Position numbers and translations under genes: made by a program | Shown here: piece by piece, positions 12,858-26,300 of the stretch | How the letters are laid out: every line of letters begins with the position of its first letter | How positions within the stretch are numbered: the first letter of the stretch is position 1 | The notes under the pieces: generated by a model | Seen by the model: only the letters and a program-made list of their open reading frames with translations | What the model was told of the DNA's origin: nothing | Database searches by the model: none | Assembly (NCBI RefSeq): GCF_052425735.1 | Contig: NC_135759.1 | Location: 28,520,001 to 28,584,000, forward strand | Source of the DNA: Oculina patagonica | Lineage: Eukaryota | Length of the DNA stretch: 64,000 nt | Direction of reading: 5' to 3'

Positions 12858-15800
12858 TCACTGCAAAACATGAACACAGTTTTCGCTAAAATCTGTAACA
12901 AACAGCTGTCCAGTTGTTGACACTGCAACAGACCCAGCACACTTAAGTCCCGTGAACTGTTCTTTTATCGTGTTGACAAACTTTCCATCCAGTGCAAATA
13001 CCTGAAGTCTGCTGTTACCAGAGTCACAAACAATCAGGTTATTGAACTTGTCAATGGCGATTCCAGTTGGATAACACAACTGTCCGTCACCAGACCCTTT
13101 GCTGCCAATATCATACAGAAACACTCCATCGTTACCAAACACCTTGACAACATGAGCCAAGCCATAGGACACAAAGAAAGTATCCTCGTGGTAAGCAACG
13201 AACAACGGGGGCTCATTGCAATCTGGAGCACTGAACGACTGTATCAATTCTTTACCGTCAGAGGAGAGGACCTTGATTGACTTGTTACCCCAATCAGACA
13301 CCACCAAGCGGCCATCACAAGCAACTGTCAAGAATCTTGGATTGTTCAAGTGTTCGTTAGTGATGTTTTCAACGAAGTGACCACTCTCGGCAAAATAATA
13401 CATTCCGCAACAATCAATGATAATGACGTCACCAGACCTGGTGAATGTTACTGAAATGGGTTCAATTAGTTTCTCAGCAGATCCCCTCTGACTAAATTCT
13501 GTTAAATAACTACCATCTGAACTAAAAAGCTGTACTCTGTTATTTTTAGCATCCGCCACTGCAACGTTTCCTGTCTTGTCACTTACTGCAATATCGCAGG
13601 GATTTTCAAATTGTCCTTGTCCTTTCCCACGTGACCCAAAAGAAGCTACAGTTTGGTACCGATGTGGGGACACGTGAACACTCCATGGACTACTAGTCAG
13701 CGGGTAACCATTAACTGCGACTGCCACGTTGTAGTGTCCATCACAATCTGGTCTATAAGACACGATATACTCGCCGTTTTCTTTGTCTTCAATCTTGAAG
13801 CAAAGCTCCATTCCTGTTGGGGTCTGAACTTTTACTGTGATCTGATCATCGTCATTACAACACGGTCTTCCTTCTGAATCTTTCGTTGTAATTGTAAAGT
13901 TAGATTCTCGTCCAACTTCTGCCTCTTTCAGACCTTTCCCTGTCGCCACTGATTGCAAAGGATCAGTGTCACGAATAACCACGTGACCTGGAACTGCTCG
14001 TCGTACTCTCTGAACTTCTTCTTCATTTGTCTCGTACCTAACGTGCAGTGCTTTGTAAATGTGAATTTTCTCTGAATGTAGTAGGCCTTTATGTCGTTCT
14101 GTGACATCTTGCTGCGCTTGTAGAATTTCAACGTTTATGTTTCTTTCTAAGATGGCTTCCCAAGTTTCTGAAGATGCTTTCAACTGCGTGACAGACAGCT
14201 TAAAGTGTTCTTGTTGTATTGCGTGACGTCTTTGTTCTGCTTCTTCAAGTATGTCTAATTTAGTTACCATAGCAATCCCGTGCTCCTTTAATACTCGAGT
14301 GAGTTCTTCAACAGTTGTCAGTACTTTGTTTCGTGCTTCGGCAATTTTTTCTCTGCTTTTCCTTAACAATTCTGTCATTTTCTCTATTTGTATCTCACGC
14401 TCAGCAATTTCTTCCTTCATTTCCTGAAGAACCTCCACCATCTTTAGTTTTTGTTGGTCAGCGGCTTGTTGGATACCCACCTTGGTGTGATGGGTATGAC
14501 GTGTTTGTCCACACTTGTAACAAATACAAACTTTGCAGTTCTGACAATAATAATCGAGTGGCTCATTCTCGTGATATTTCTCTCCACACATGATAGAGGT
14601 ATTCAACGATTTTTCCAGCTTCGAGCTTTTACCTTTTCAGGCGGAATAAAAAAAATAAAGCATTCATTATAATGAAGAGAGAATGTTATCATGGATATAC
14701 CATTAGCTATCAGCATTATCTCACAACTTACTCCAACAGAAGAAACTAGTGTATTTGCCGAAACGTCGGATTTTGGTTTGTTTCAAACACATTTTTTGTT
14801 TACTATGACACCTGGTTACAAATCTAGTTTTTAAAAAACAGAACAAGCATTTACAAAAAAAGAACTTACCTAACTAGTACTAAGATTACTAACTGGGAGG
14901 GGGCTGACCAGTTAGTTGTGCGTGGCCGAGGAGTTGAACTTGGGATTGCCTAAACAAGATGGGGGTCGGAGGGGAGTCAGACAAGTTTAACACTCCTTTT
15001 AACCCTTTTCCCCTTTTCCCTTCCCCCCCCCCCACCCCCCAGATCAGCCCCAGCAATCCACTGCCGGAACCCATTTGTACTCCGGGGTGCGAAGAAGCAC
15101 CGGGAAAGTTAGATGTCTTGCACTCACTCACTGAATAAAAAAAAAATACGACTTCCGCCTAAACCCATAAACAACGAAAAGTTTTAGTTTAGGATTTTGT
15201 TTATCAGAAAAGAAAGAAGAACTGTATCGTACGATGAAGCTCAGGGCTAAGTGTTCAGGAACAAAAAGTGATTTCTGGATATCAATTACTACTACTGGTC
15301 ATCGCGTTTCCTACATAGACTACCCTGAGATAAACATAAATGCTTGAACTAATCTAGAAAATCAAATTTCGGTCATATATACAAGTTATACCTTCATCAC
15401 CAGTTTTTTTCGTAGATGGCGCATTTGATGCTGTCAATTGCAAGTTATCGAGCAGTTTCCTGACGTTTTTGACCTCGGATCCGATCTCTTTCAGTTCATG
15501 TTTGATGTCTTTTTCATCCTTCAAGTATTGGCTTATAAGTTCTTTGTAGTGATCCTCAATTTCAGGATCCATGCACTCAGTTTCCAGATTGTCGATAGCT
15601 GCTCTGTACTGAACTCCTCCCAGTCTCACCAATGCGCCTGAGATCTTTTGCCAGTATGCGCTGAATGTTGCGTCATCAATCGAAGCGTGCTCTGCGTGAG
15701 CGTACACAGTGTTTCTAAAACACTTCACACGAACGATATCCGCTTCACGACTCACGTCTGTAATAGCAGGAAGTGTGTCCCAGCCAGTTGTTGGAGAAGG

Positions 15801-16103
15801 TAAGCCACATATGTTTCGGAAAAGAACCATCAAAAGAGTGATGTCAAACTCCCTGGAAGACACCAAATTGGGGATGGCAGGGAAAAGTTTTTCCCATTGT
15901 GTTGCATTAATAATTTTCCTTGCTCTGAGTGATTGCAAGGTTGTTTTATTTCTAGCCAAAACTGTGTGAAGGGTTTTTGGTGCATGGATGTCATCGAATG
16001 TGCCTCTGAGGGCCTGGGTGCCGACATCAACCAGCAGACGACACAAGCGAGCGTAGTTTGTTGTCTCCTTGGTGGAGGAAGCTGTTGGTGCTGCACCAGC
16101 CAT
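12858..16103 (-). CDS. HEPN-B-box-coiled coil-filamin-NHL protein, copy 2 (~828 aa; exons 16103-15392 and 14632-12858)
   Basis: HEPN motif RVKCFRNTVYAH. Donor GAAG|GTATAA at 15392/15391; acceptor after a T-rich tract, ctgaaaag|GT at 14633/14632. Phase 1 and in frame. Same domain order as copy 1. Confidence 0.88.
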
Positions 16104-16818
16104 TAGATCAAGTTGCTGATGATAAGTCTAATGGGATGAAAAATTAATTGAGAGTTTTTGCTTCCTAGGGTTGTTGATTTAATGTTACCACTACCAACGG
16201 CATAAGGTCAAGTAGAATGTTGTTTTTGAGATATTTTTTTAGAAGCTGTAGAAAAACAATATAACTTCCTTAAGTTGCAGCTAATGATACAAAAAGGGGG
16301 GATATGTAGGCTGGCGTCGCAAACTTTTATTTGGTTTACACTGAATTTATTTTTGAGCATGGATTAGTCTGCGAATCCCAGAGAAGAAAGCCTGCTCTGG
16401 GTGAGCCAGGCAGACCACATGTCTTAATGGTGCGCATTGAAGAAATATAGATAAACATTACGTCGGCTTCGATTTACTACAAAATACAAAATTTACTCTA
16501 AATGATTCAAAAAAAGTTATAAGATAAAATGTTGACTGAGTCTTGTGTCATATTTTCCTTGCCGTCCTGAGTCGTTTTAGGTGTCATTTTGCCAGATCAT
16601 TTATCAACTGATAGGTGATATATCCTGGGATATACGTAGCAAGCCAGGATTCGTCCGAAATCTCACAATGCGCTGCATAACCGCAGTTTTTCTAAATGCA
16701 AAAACGTTACATTGACAATTTGTTGAATAATGAAACAGTTATCCTACTAAATCTTGCGAAATGTCGTCTGATTTGAGCCCACTCGGCCCACGACCTCGTC
16801 GGCCCTTGTCTGCTATAA

Positions 16819-17059
16819 GGCTACGTTTACAATGAACCGTACCGAACGGGACCGGACCGGATCGGCTTCTGTTTACATGGAACGGTTTGGAACCGATTCA
16901 GGCGGTTACATGAGACCGTTCTGGAACCGGTCCGGAACGGATCCAAAACTGGACCTGCAAAACAGCAGGTCCAGTTTTGGATCCGTTCTGGACCGGTTCC
17001 AGAACGGATCCGATTTTCGGACCGGATTCGTTTGGAACCGGTCCCGAGTAAGCATAGCC
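16819..17059. mobile_element. Harbinger-like MITE
   Basis: TIR GGCTACGTTTAC / GTAAGCATAGCC, TAA TSD, internal palindromic GGAACCGGTCC repeats. Confidence 0.8.
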
Positions 17060-18446
17060 TAAGTTTCTGGCGAAATTCCGCTGGATTTCGCTGGGTAATT
17101 GTCAAAGATTTGCGTTATTTTGGTTTTTAGCACCACATCGGTTTAATCTCTCAGTATTTTGCTGAAACTCCGTAACTAGCTTTTATAGGTACACCTATTC
17201 AGCGTTCCTACTGCGGAGTATGATTGGCAGGTTTGCTCCGTGACGGTGTAGATGGAAACTGAATTTGATAGATAAGACTTCCCCACACTTGATGAAGCTG
17301 GATGTTGGAATATTGTGACATAACGGCGTTATATTTTGCATTCTTTATAGTATAATTATACTGAACATTTTCGTAGGTAAATGGTCAATATATTGACGAA
17401 AGACCTTCGTCTTTCATTGGCAAGTGGTACTATAGGGTATCATCAAATGTCAAAACCGAAAAAAATAAACTTTCGAAACTGTCTGAAGATCCATGCAAAT
17501 TATATATTTTACACGTAATGAACGTAGAAATACTTTGTAAATCGTTAAAATAAGAAAGGAAAAAAGATAAAAGTAGGCTAGGGCATAGAGCCTGCACTGA
17601 CATCTTGGCACTTCACACGGTAAAGATGAAATAGATCACTTTGGGATGTTCGTTGCAAGTAGATTTAATTATATGCATGAGCAGAAATGTCGATACAAAA
17701 CAAACTTGTGTTCAGAGAAATCAAATAAAAGTGAAATTAATGGGTGAAATAATTATACAAAACCATAACTGCACGTACTTTATGATATGAAGACCTAGCG
17801 TTGCAATGAATGTCATAATAGTACTTCACAGAATAATGAACTGAATGAATACATTAATACGAGATTTGATAAACCAGCATCAGTCATTAGTCGAGACTGG
17901 GATATGCCGTATTCGCCATAGGTCGAGGTTGAGTATTAAAACTCGGACTTTCGAGATTGTGGGAAATCTCGATAGATATATACACACAACACCTACAGTA
18001 CACACCGCGCACAAGCAAGATAAGTGTTGCAGCATAAAGCATTTGAATCTACAAACAAACCTGAATTTATCACGCCCAAACGGGAAGTCCATCGACCGTA
18101 CAATAGAAAGCAGTGAAAGGAAACAATGCATTCACCACTTCAGAGGAAAACTGGGGCAAGTCTCATCTCGCAGTCGCTTGTGGGACCGTCACTGGGGACA
18201 AAACAAACGACGGGAAGCCATTTTGTCCTCAGTAATGTACCACACAATCGGGAGAATAAGTGCCAGTTTGGCAAATCTTCGTTGAAGCACTCGAAAAGTT
18301 TCCGAATTATTTCATCCAATCAAAAACCAGCGCGAGCGCTCACGCGTGCCCGGAAAGCAATTGCGCGAACAATTACGTCATGTTGCTTAGCAACTTTAGG
18401 GACGAACACCGCGGGCTCAGTCCCGCCCCGGAGGCGAGATTTTAAT

Positions 18447-20322
18447 AGGCCTTATTCGTATTCCCCGACGGCCCTGGGACGAGAGCCTTCTGAACATGAA
18501 TGCGAGGCTAATGCGGGGTACTTTGCACAAATTGCAAAGAAACATATGGAAAATTGCGACTGGGTTGCCGAAAAACCTTAAAAATTATAAACGCTTTGAG
18601 GATCTAGAGCTAGTCGGTGATCTGCAGGCTAGAGGGATACCAGTGTCAATCAGAAAAAATTAGAAGATCTGGTAGAACTGACCGAGAAGGCTAACAAATT
18701 TACACTGAATCGTCGGGAACGGTTTCGAGTCAGCAGTACTTGCGAAGTAAACTTCAACACCAGGTTATGTTTCCAGCTAATCTCTTATTTTTATTTTCAG
18801 TGTACATCCGACTTAAGTGAGGGATTAAACTTTCCTTGAGGATATTTATATTGCTATTTAAGAAAGGGGTTCAGAAGAGGGAACTTGCTATATTAAATTT
18901 GATCACGCACACAATCTCAGTTGTTTATTTTTTTAAACAATAGCTACTGTAGCACTGTGATAACTTTTTTCACTGCAAGAGCATGAAATGAGCGTGAAAC
19001 GATTAACAGCATCACTTGAGCCAAATGAAAATCTAGCCTTTTAATCAAAAATTGTGTGTAGTTAGCTTCAAAACGAATTTGTAAATTGCTTTGTAATTTA
19101 GTGAGTTTGCCGATCTTGATGTGCGTGCGAGATTTTAATCTGAAACATCCAGTTCTGTTTCAGACCATTTTCGTGAAAGAATATTAAATAATAATAATAA
19201 TAATAATAATAATATCTTTTATTTAGACACGATAAATTTACAGCATAGCTGATGTGGTCGTGTTTAAGTTACCTAAGAAATAATCATAACAAAAATAACA
19301 CTAAGACAAATACGAATACTAACTAAACTTATTTACAATATAAAAGATATTTACAATATTTACATGCACTAGCCTATTTACAATTTTCTATTTACAATAT
19401 CGAGATTTTTGAGGGCCTTCAGTTCCCTATTGAAGGATGCTAAGCTTTCTTTAGCCCTCCAGGCATTGGGCAAATTATTCCACCTTTTTGCGCCAATGTA
19501 TGAAACTGATTTCATGATCATTAAACTATCGACATTCTCACTTAACTGAGCTAAGAAAATTATCTTTTATTCGAACATTCGATGATTTAGGGGCAAAATG
19601 AATTTGGAAGTTTAGATTTTGTGATTTTAAGTCTTTCTAGCCAGTTTGCATGTACCGGCGTGCGAGAACATTAATTAAATTTACTAGTTCTTTTAAAGAC
19701 GTTTTGGCAGCAGCACAGAAACATAGCAGTCAAACTGTGAAAGAAATCAGTTCAGTGGAATTAAAAGCTATTCTTTTTACTAAACAGTGAGAGCATTTAA
19801 CAGCAAACGAATTTGTAAATAATTAATGCGCCATTTCGTTCAGTTGTTTTTGTCCATATGCCGATCAAAATATGTAGTCAATACGCAGCATCTCTCAGAC
19901 ATTTATTCTTATTTTTTTAAAATAATAGCAATACAAATCTCTCCAAGTTAAGTATATTGCCTCTGGTAAGTCGGATGTACAATCAAAACAAATATTAACA
20001 GATTGGGGTCATTACCTTGCGACTCGATGACTGACTTGCACTCCCCCGATTCGACTACTTCAAGGAAAATTTGTTAGGCTTCTCGGTCAGTTCTACCAGA
20101 TCTTCTATTTTTTTCTGATTGACACTGGTATCCCTCTAGCCTGCAGATCACCTCCTAGCTCTAGATCCTCAAAGTGTTTATTATTTTTAAGGTTTTTCGG
20201 CAACCCAGTCGCAATTTTCCATACGTTTCTTTGCAATTTCGAGCAAAGTACCCCGCATTAGCCTCGCATTCATGTTTAGAAGGCTCTCGCCCCAGGGCCG
20301 TCGGGGAATACGAATAAGGCCT
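18447..20322. mobile_element. Non-autonomous DNA transposon with ~245-bp TIRs (AGGCC...GGCCT ends), carrying a nested LINE 3' fragment
   Basis: 18447-18690 is the reverse complement of 20078-20322. AAT on both flanks. Confidence 0.85.
19188..19530 (-). mobile_element. 3' end fragment of a CR1/L2-type LINE with a (TTA)n tail
   Basis: Minus strand encodes SVSYIGAKRWNNLP, followed by a 3' UTR and a tandem ATT tail (TAA run at ~19190-19213). Confidence 0.7.
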
Positions 20323-20324
20323 AA

Positions 20325-21362
20325 TAGTTATTATAAAAATTGTAAAAAGTATAAAGTTAAAAACTATCTAATTAAAATTGATAGGGGTATAAATATGAAT
20401 ATAATTAATATAATTAACAGTAATAGTTGACGGATATAATTAAAACTACTTAAAAATATTAAAAATATGTGTAATCTTGATTTTTATTTGCGATCATGCA
20501 GGCTTCCTTCAGAAAGCTTATGTTCTTGATAGTGTTCTTGTGGCGGCGCTGTTTTAGGAGCTTCTTAAAGTTCTTTAGGGACGGGGACTCTTTGAGTGAG
20601 GTTGGAATGAGGTCCCACGCAAGAGGACCTCTATATCGTAAGGAGTTTCTGCCAGTGTCCATGTTAAATCTCGGTAGTACAAAGTGATTACTGTTTCTAA
20701 GATTATAGTGTGGATTGGCTATACTAAAGAGGTTTGAAATTTTATCAGGAGTTATGTTACTATTTACTTTGTACATTAGGATAAGTAATTTCTTTTTATA
20801 TTGAAATGATAGTGGCTCCCATCCAGTCGCTTCTAGGGCATCTTGATGCGATATGTCCCATGGTAGCCTATGGATGATTTCAGCTGCCCTTACATGAATA
20901 TGTTCAAGCTCGTTCATCAAAGATGGTGTGCTAGTGCCCCAAACTAAGCTGCAATAGGTAATAGTTGGCATGATGCTGCTAAAGTATATTGTTTCTAGTG
21001 TGCTTGCTGGTAGGTATTTAAATCTTTTGAGCTGCTTTACTTTCTTTCCAAGAGATTTACAGAGGTGCTCCAAGTGACTGCTCCAAGAGAGCTGGAAGTC
21101 ATTGATAACCCCCAGACATCTTGTTTCAGGGACGACATTCAGGAACTTATCTCCTAGTTTGATGGGTCTCAGTGGACCACAGAAAAATCTGTGCGATATG
21201 ATCATAGCCTCGGACTTCCCGGTGTGTATAGTTAGTTTGTTGTTTCTGCACCAGAGCGAAATCTCTGATAGGGCTCTGTTTAAACCGCCGACTACTTCAT
21301 CTACATTGTCACCAATGACATGCAGCGTCGTGTCATCAGCATACAGTTCCAGATTGCCCTCA
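20325..21362 (-). mobile_element. 5'-truncated CR1/L2-group LINE (RT C-terminal half)
   Basis: LELYADDTT at ~21350, continuing into ORF 20459-21205 (CLGVIND..LSWSSHL, YCSLVWG, HYNLR, RGPLAWDLIP). Confidence 0.88.
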
Positions 21363-22192
21363 TGTTACCACAAGTGACTACGAGATAAAATTCGCCCCAG
21401 TTTTCTTCTTAATATAATAAAGGCTGTCGCAAAGTACAGAGGGGCACCCAGGAAGGGTTTAAGTTAAAATCGGACGAAGAGCAATGATTTATTTCCAGAA
21501 ATAGTTACTGTAATAATTTTTAATAATATTTCTAACATATATCTAAAGACGGTAATTAGGTAAAAGGCAAATTACAACTAACAAAATTGGTGCGGTTTTA
21601 GTAAACAGTTAATCGATGCACTAAAGAACGTAGTGAAATCTAACATGCCTGTGTTTCGGAAACAAAAAGCTAGAAGTTAATGAGTATTTTTACCAGGAAT
21701 CGAAAGAAATTACTGGCAATCAGAAGACTTGAAAAAACTTTCCGGGGAACCTACAGAAAACACTGATAAGACAAAGTCCTGAACGTATCTGACGACCCTG
21801 ACTACTTTTGGATTTAGCACTCTTATGGTCGATCCAGTTAAGTAAAGAGAAATTGCTTTGGATAAAGATTCTCAGAAGAAATTACACAAAAAATAACTTA
21901 TATTACATCGAAACATAGTAAGTTTTTGAATAAGTTTTTTCCAAAAGCCCCTCAGATCAGTTTGGTCGTGCAAACAAGTCATGTTAAGTTAAAGGTCGCT
22001 TCATCAGTTCGTCGTTACAACCGGAGAGTCGCGACTTTAACTTTAGGTGGGGGGGGGGGGGGGGGTCGTTGCTTTTGGAACTTCACAGTTTATTAGTTCA
22101 TTGCGAAAAATAATGTCAACATCACGCATAGTTTTGCGAATTTCGGGCGAATGCCCCGATTTTTTCGGAATGACCTTCATCATTACATGATG

Positions 22193-23017
22193 TAGTCCAG
22201 TCCCTGAACTCTCTCTTCCGAGCGCCCTTTAAAGGGTTTGTACCTAGGCGCGAGAAGAGAGAGTCCAGGATACCTTGCATGCGCATGCTCAGAATGAAGC
22301 AATCAGAAGCGAGGAGTGTGGCGTCACTTGCTTGGGACGCGCGCGCTAGATTAAAAATGCTCGCTCAAATGACAAATTCAACTACGCAACCAAGTGCACG
22401 AATAAATGCAAGAAAAAACTGTGCTAAATTGCATCCAAAGCCAATTCAATAAAAAGATGTACTAGGAATAGTTGACGTTTTGGCTGTTAGCTTTTAGTAG
22501 ACACTGATTGACAAGCTAGGCTTTTTTACAGTTATAAACAATTATTGGATGAGGTTTTTGTTCGGCTGATAACACTTAACCGAGACCTTGATTATTCCAA
22601 ATATCACACATACCGAATCTAATAATTGTTTTATTATACATTGTTTTCTGGAAAAGAAAGTTATGACAAACGATTTCACCTTGTTTCAAAAATTGTGCTA
22701 TAAATTCCTGATGGTCGTCCTACTAAATCGTGGAATAGTTCCTTCCCAATTTTTGTTAGTCATTTTGTGTTTCCCGAGACTTAATTGTCCAGCAATTTTT
22801 GAACTTTGGTCAATCTATTTCTCGTTTGATGAAGTGAATCGACGAACTATGAATTTCCTTCGCCGCCAGATGCCTGACACATTGATCTTGGAAATCATGC
22901 AATGCGCGCGTAACCTACAGCGCTAGCGTATGTAAGTTATCCTGGACTCTCTCTTCTCGCGCCTGGGTCCAACCCCTTTAAAGGGCTCGCAGAAGAAAGA
23001 GTTCAGGGACTGGACTA
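22193..23017. mobile_element. Non-autonomous TIR element with TAG...CTA ends and a 9-bp TSD (Academ-like)
   Basis: ~80-bp TIR starting TAGTCCAGTCCCTGAACTCT. TSD TACATGATG at 22184-22192 and 23018-23026. Confidence 0.85.
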
Positions 23018-23330
23018 TACATGATGGTGCTGAAACAGCGCTTATAAAAGTCGTCTTCATCCCGCGTAAATCTTTTTCTTTTGAATTTTCTATTGCTTTG
23101 TTCCGCAGATGTGGCTCTTGTTGAGGTAAGATGTAGCGATAAGGCAAGATAGGTAATTTCTGGATAAGGAGATGTAGTGATGAAGGTAAACGTTAAAAGA
23201 TGTTCTATGCCAATATAAACGAAGGGAGCTAAACTAAAGAAAATGGGTACTATACAAGTTTTGTTTGGAAACGCTACTAGGAATCTTCTAGGGAAACAAA
23301 GATGTAACTTGGGATGCTTGATGATTTCAG

Positions 23331-26300
23331 TTACTTAAATATTTGAACATAGTTTTTGCTGGTGTCAGCGATAAATAGCGCCCCAGTAGCTGATACAGCA
23401 ATAGACAAAGGGCATTCGAGCCATTTAAGGCCGAAAATGGATTGTCCTTGTATCGTGTTTACAAATTTTCCTTCCAGTGTGAAAACTTTCAGATTACTGT
23501 TATCCCCGTCACATACTATTAAATTGTTAAACTTGTCGACGGCGAGTCCAAGAGGCTTACTTAACTGTCCGTCACCAGACTTCTCACTGCCAACATCACA
23601 CAGAAATTCCCCCTCTTTATTAAATACTTTCACACAATGCGCCGCAGGGTAAGACACAAAGAACATGTCTTGGTGACAAACAGCAATCCACGGGGACTCA
23701 TCACAGTCGGGAGCACTGAGGGACTGTAGCAATTCTGTACCTTCAGGGGAGAGGACCTTGACCGTCTTAGCAGCTATCTCGGACACCACCAGGCGGCCAT
23801 CACAAGCAACAGTCAAGCGGACTGGTATTTTAACGTGTTTGTTGGTGATTGTTTTGATAAACTGACCCTTCTCGGTAAAACAAAGCATTGCACTGGAAGC
23901 AACAATAATGACGTCACCGGAATTAGTGAATGCAACTGAAGTGGGATCGCTTCGTTTCTTAGCAGCTGGTCCCTTCGGAACAAACTCAGTTAAGCACTCA
24001 AAATATCGATTAAAGAGATGTATTCTTTGTTTCTTTCGATCAGCCACTGCAAAGTTCCCGGTCTTACTATCTACTGCAACATCGCAGAGGTCTTTAAATT
24101 TTGGGTCTCCTTTCGCACGTGACCCAATATAATATACAAACATGTATTGATGTGGACAAACCTGAACGCTCCAGGGACTGCCAGGCAGCGGTTGATCATT
24201 AACTGCGATCATCACTTGATGATCTCCATGACAATTTGGAGTGGAAGTTACACTATATTTACCATCTCCTCTGACTTCAACCTTGTTCTTGAGGTCCTTT
24301 CCGGATGGAGTCTGAATTTCTACTGTTATCTGATCGAATGCATTATAACACTGTTTTCCATCTGAGTCATTTGTTACGATTGTAAAGTATCCTTCTAAAC
24401 CAACTTGAGCTTTTAGGTTTAACCATTTCACTACTGACCGCAGAGGATTCGTGTTACTTACATCAACTAGACCTGGAACTGTACTTCTCACATTCTGGAC
24501 ATACTCTTCATTTACCTTGTAATGAACATGCGATGGTTTGTAAATGTCCATTTTTGTTGACTTTAGGCTGTTTAGGAGACCTTTACACCTTTCAATGGCA
24601 GCTTGCTGTGCTTGTAGAATTTCAAAGCTGATGTTTCTTTGTAATATTGCCTCGCAATTTTTCACAGACGCTTTCAGCTGGGTAATGGACGTTTGAAAGT
24701 GCTCCAATTGTATTGCGTGGTATCCTTTTTCTCTTTCTTCAAGAACATCTAACTCGTACTCCATGGTCTTCTCGTGTTCCTTCAAAACTCGAATGAGTTC
24801 TTCGGCGGTTGTCAGTAACTTGTTACGTGCTGCAGCAATTTTTTCTCTGCTCTTCCTTAACAATTCTGTCGTTTTTTCCGTTTGCATCTCTCGCTCATCA
24901 ATTTTTTCCTTCATTTCCTGTAGAACCTCCTCCATCTGTTGTTTCTGTTGTTCGGCGGCTTGCTCGATATCGACTTTGGTGTGATGAGTATGACGTGTTT
25001 GTCCACACTTGTCACAAATGAAAACTTTGCATTCTTGACAATAGTAATCGAGTGGCTCATTCTCGTGATGTTTCTCTCTACACATGGTGGAGCTCTCCAA
25101 AACCTCTTCCGTCTTGAAGCTTTTATCTTATCGAGCACAACAAAAATATGTTAAACAAAAGCAACGTTGCTACAGCTTACATAAGCTGCTGAAACAGACA
25201 AACGGGGGAGGCCGGGTACTCCCCAAAGTGAACTGTACTGGGAGGCTCCGCCCGAAAAAGATACCTTTTTTAGACTGGAGGTATAAAAAAGGGTAGAGAT
25301 TTCACGAGTTGGAGTATATACAAAGGGTAGTGAAACTGCCATTTTATAGGTACTCTCAAAGAGACCCACCAAATGGTCGATTCACTTATAAATGAAAATA
25401 CTTAAAAGCATTAAGGGGTTATTCAAGTGAACAGGCCGTATCCAGACTTTTCGGACAACAGAAGCAATTGCAAAGTTCCAAAACGCAAGCCACTTTATAG
25501 GGGTCAATTTTCGAAATCTTGAAGGCCCAGAAATACTCTTTTTGGGGTAGTATTAGCAAAAGAAACACTTCTTTCACATTTACTTACTTACTAGTAATGC
25601 AAAGCCTCTTACAGGAACAGGAAACAAATATTAATAAATTCAAAATTTTTACTGAAGCAAATGCCTTGGTTCGCCTGTTACTAGCAACAACCTTGGTGGA
25701 AAATTAACTTAACTACTAAACATTGGTCACCTTGCCTGTCACATGAGCAGCTGTACACTTTATATTGATAAAAAGAAACCTAGAAAACAATTTGAACCTT
25801 TACAACTAACCTTCATCGCTGGTTTCTTTTGCGTTAGTCACAGTTGATGCTGCTAAATCATCAAGCTTTTTCACAACATTTTTTATCTCTGTTCCAATCT
25901 CTTTCAGCTCATCTCTAATGTTTCCCTCATCCTTCTTCCACTGATTGAGAAGTTCTTTGTAGTGATTTTCAATTTCAGGGTCCATGCACTCAGTTTCCAG
26001 ATTGTCGATAGCTGCTCTGTACTGAACTCCTCCCAATCTCACCAGAGTGTCCCGGATGTCTTGCCAGTATGTATTGAATGTTGCGTCATCAACTGAAGCG
26101 TGCTCAGCATGACCGTACACGGTGTTTCTAAAATACTTAACACGAGCGATATCCGCTTCACGACTCACGTCTGTTACAACAGGAAGTGTGTCCCAACCAG
26201 TTGCTGGAGAAGGTAAGCCACATAAATTCCGCAACAAAACCATCAAAAGTGTTATATCAAAATGGGCTGTTGACACTGAAGTAGGGATGGCTGGAAAAAG

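Noticed and set aside
14725-14775. Penelope-type hammerhead ribozyme (CGAAACGTC motif; also ~53765)
   Set aside because: The CUGANGA core is missing or degenerate and no stems could be built.
17845-18581. Overlapping 146- and 151-aa ORFs
   Set aside because: No recognisable motifs or splice context, and the second runs into a transposon TIR.
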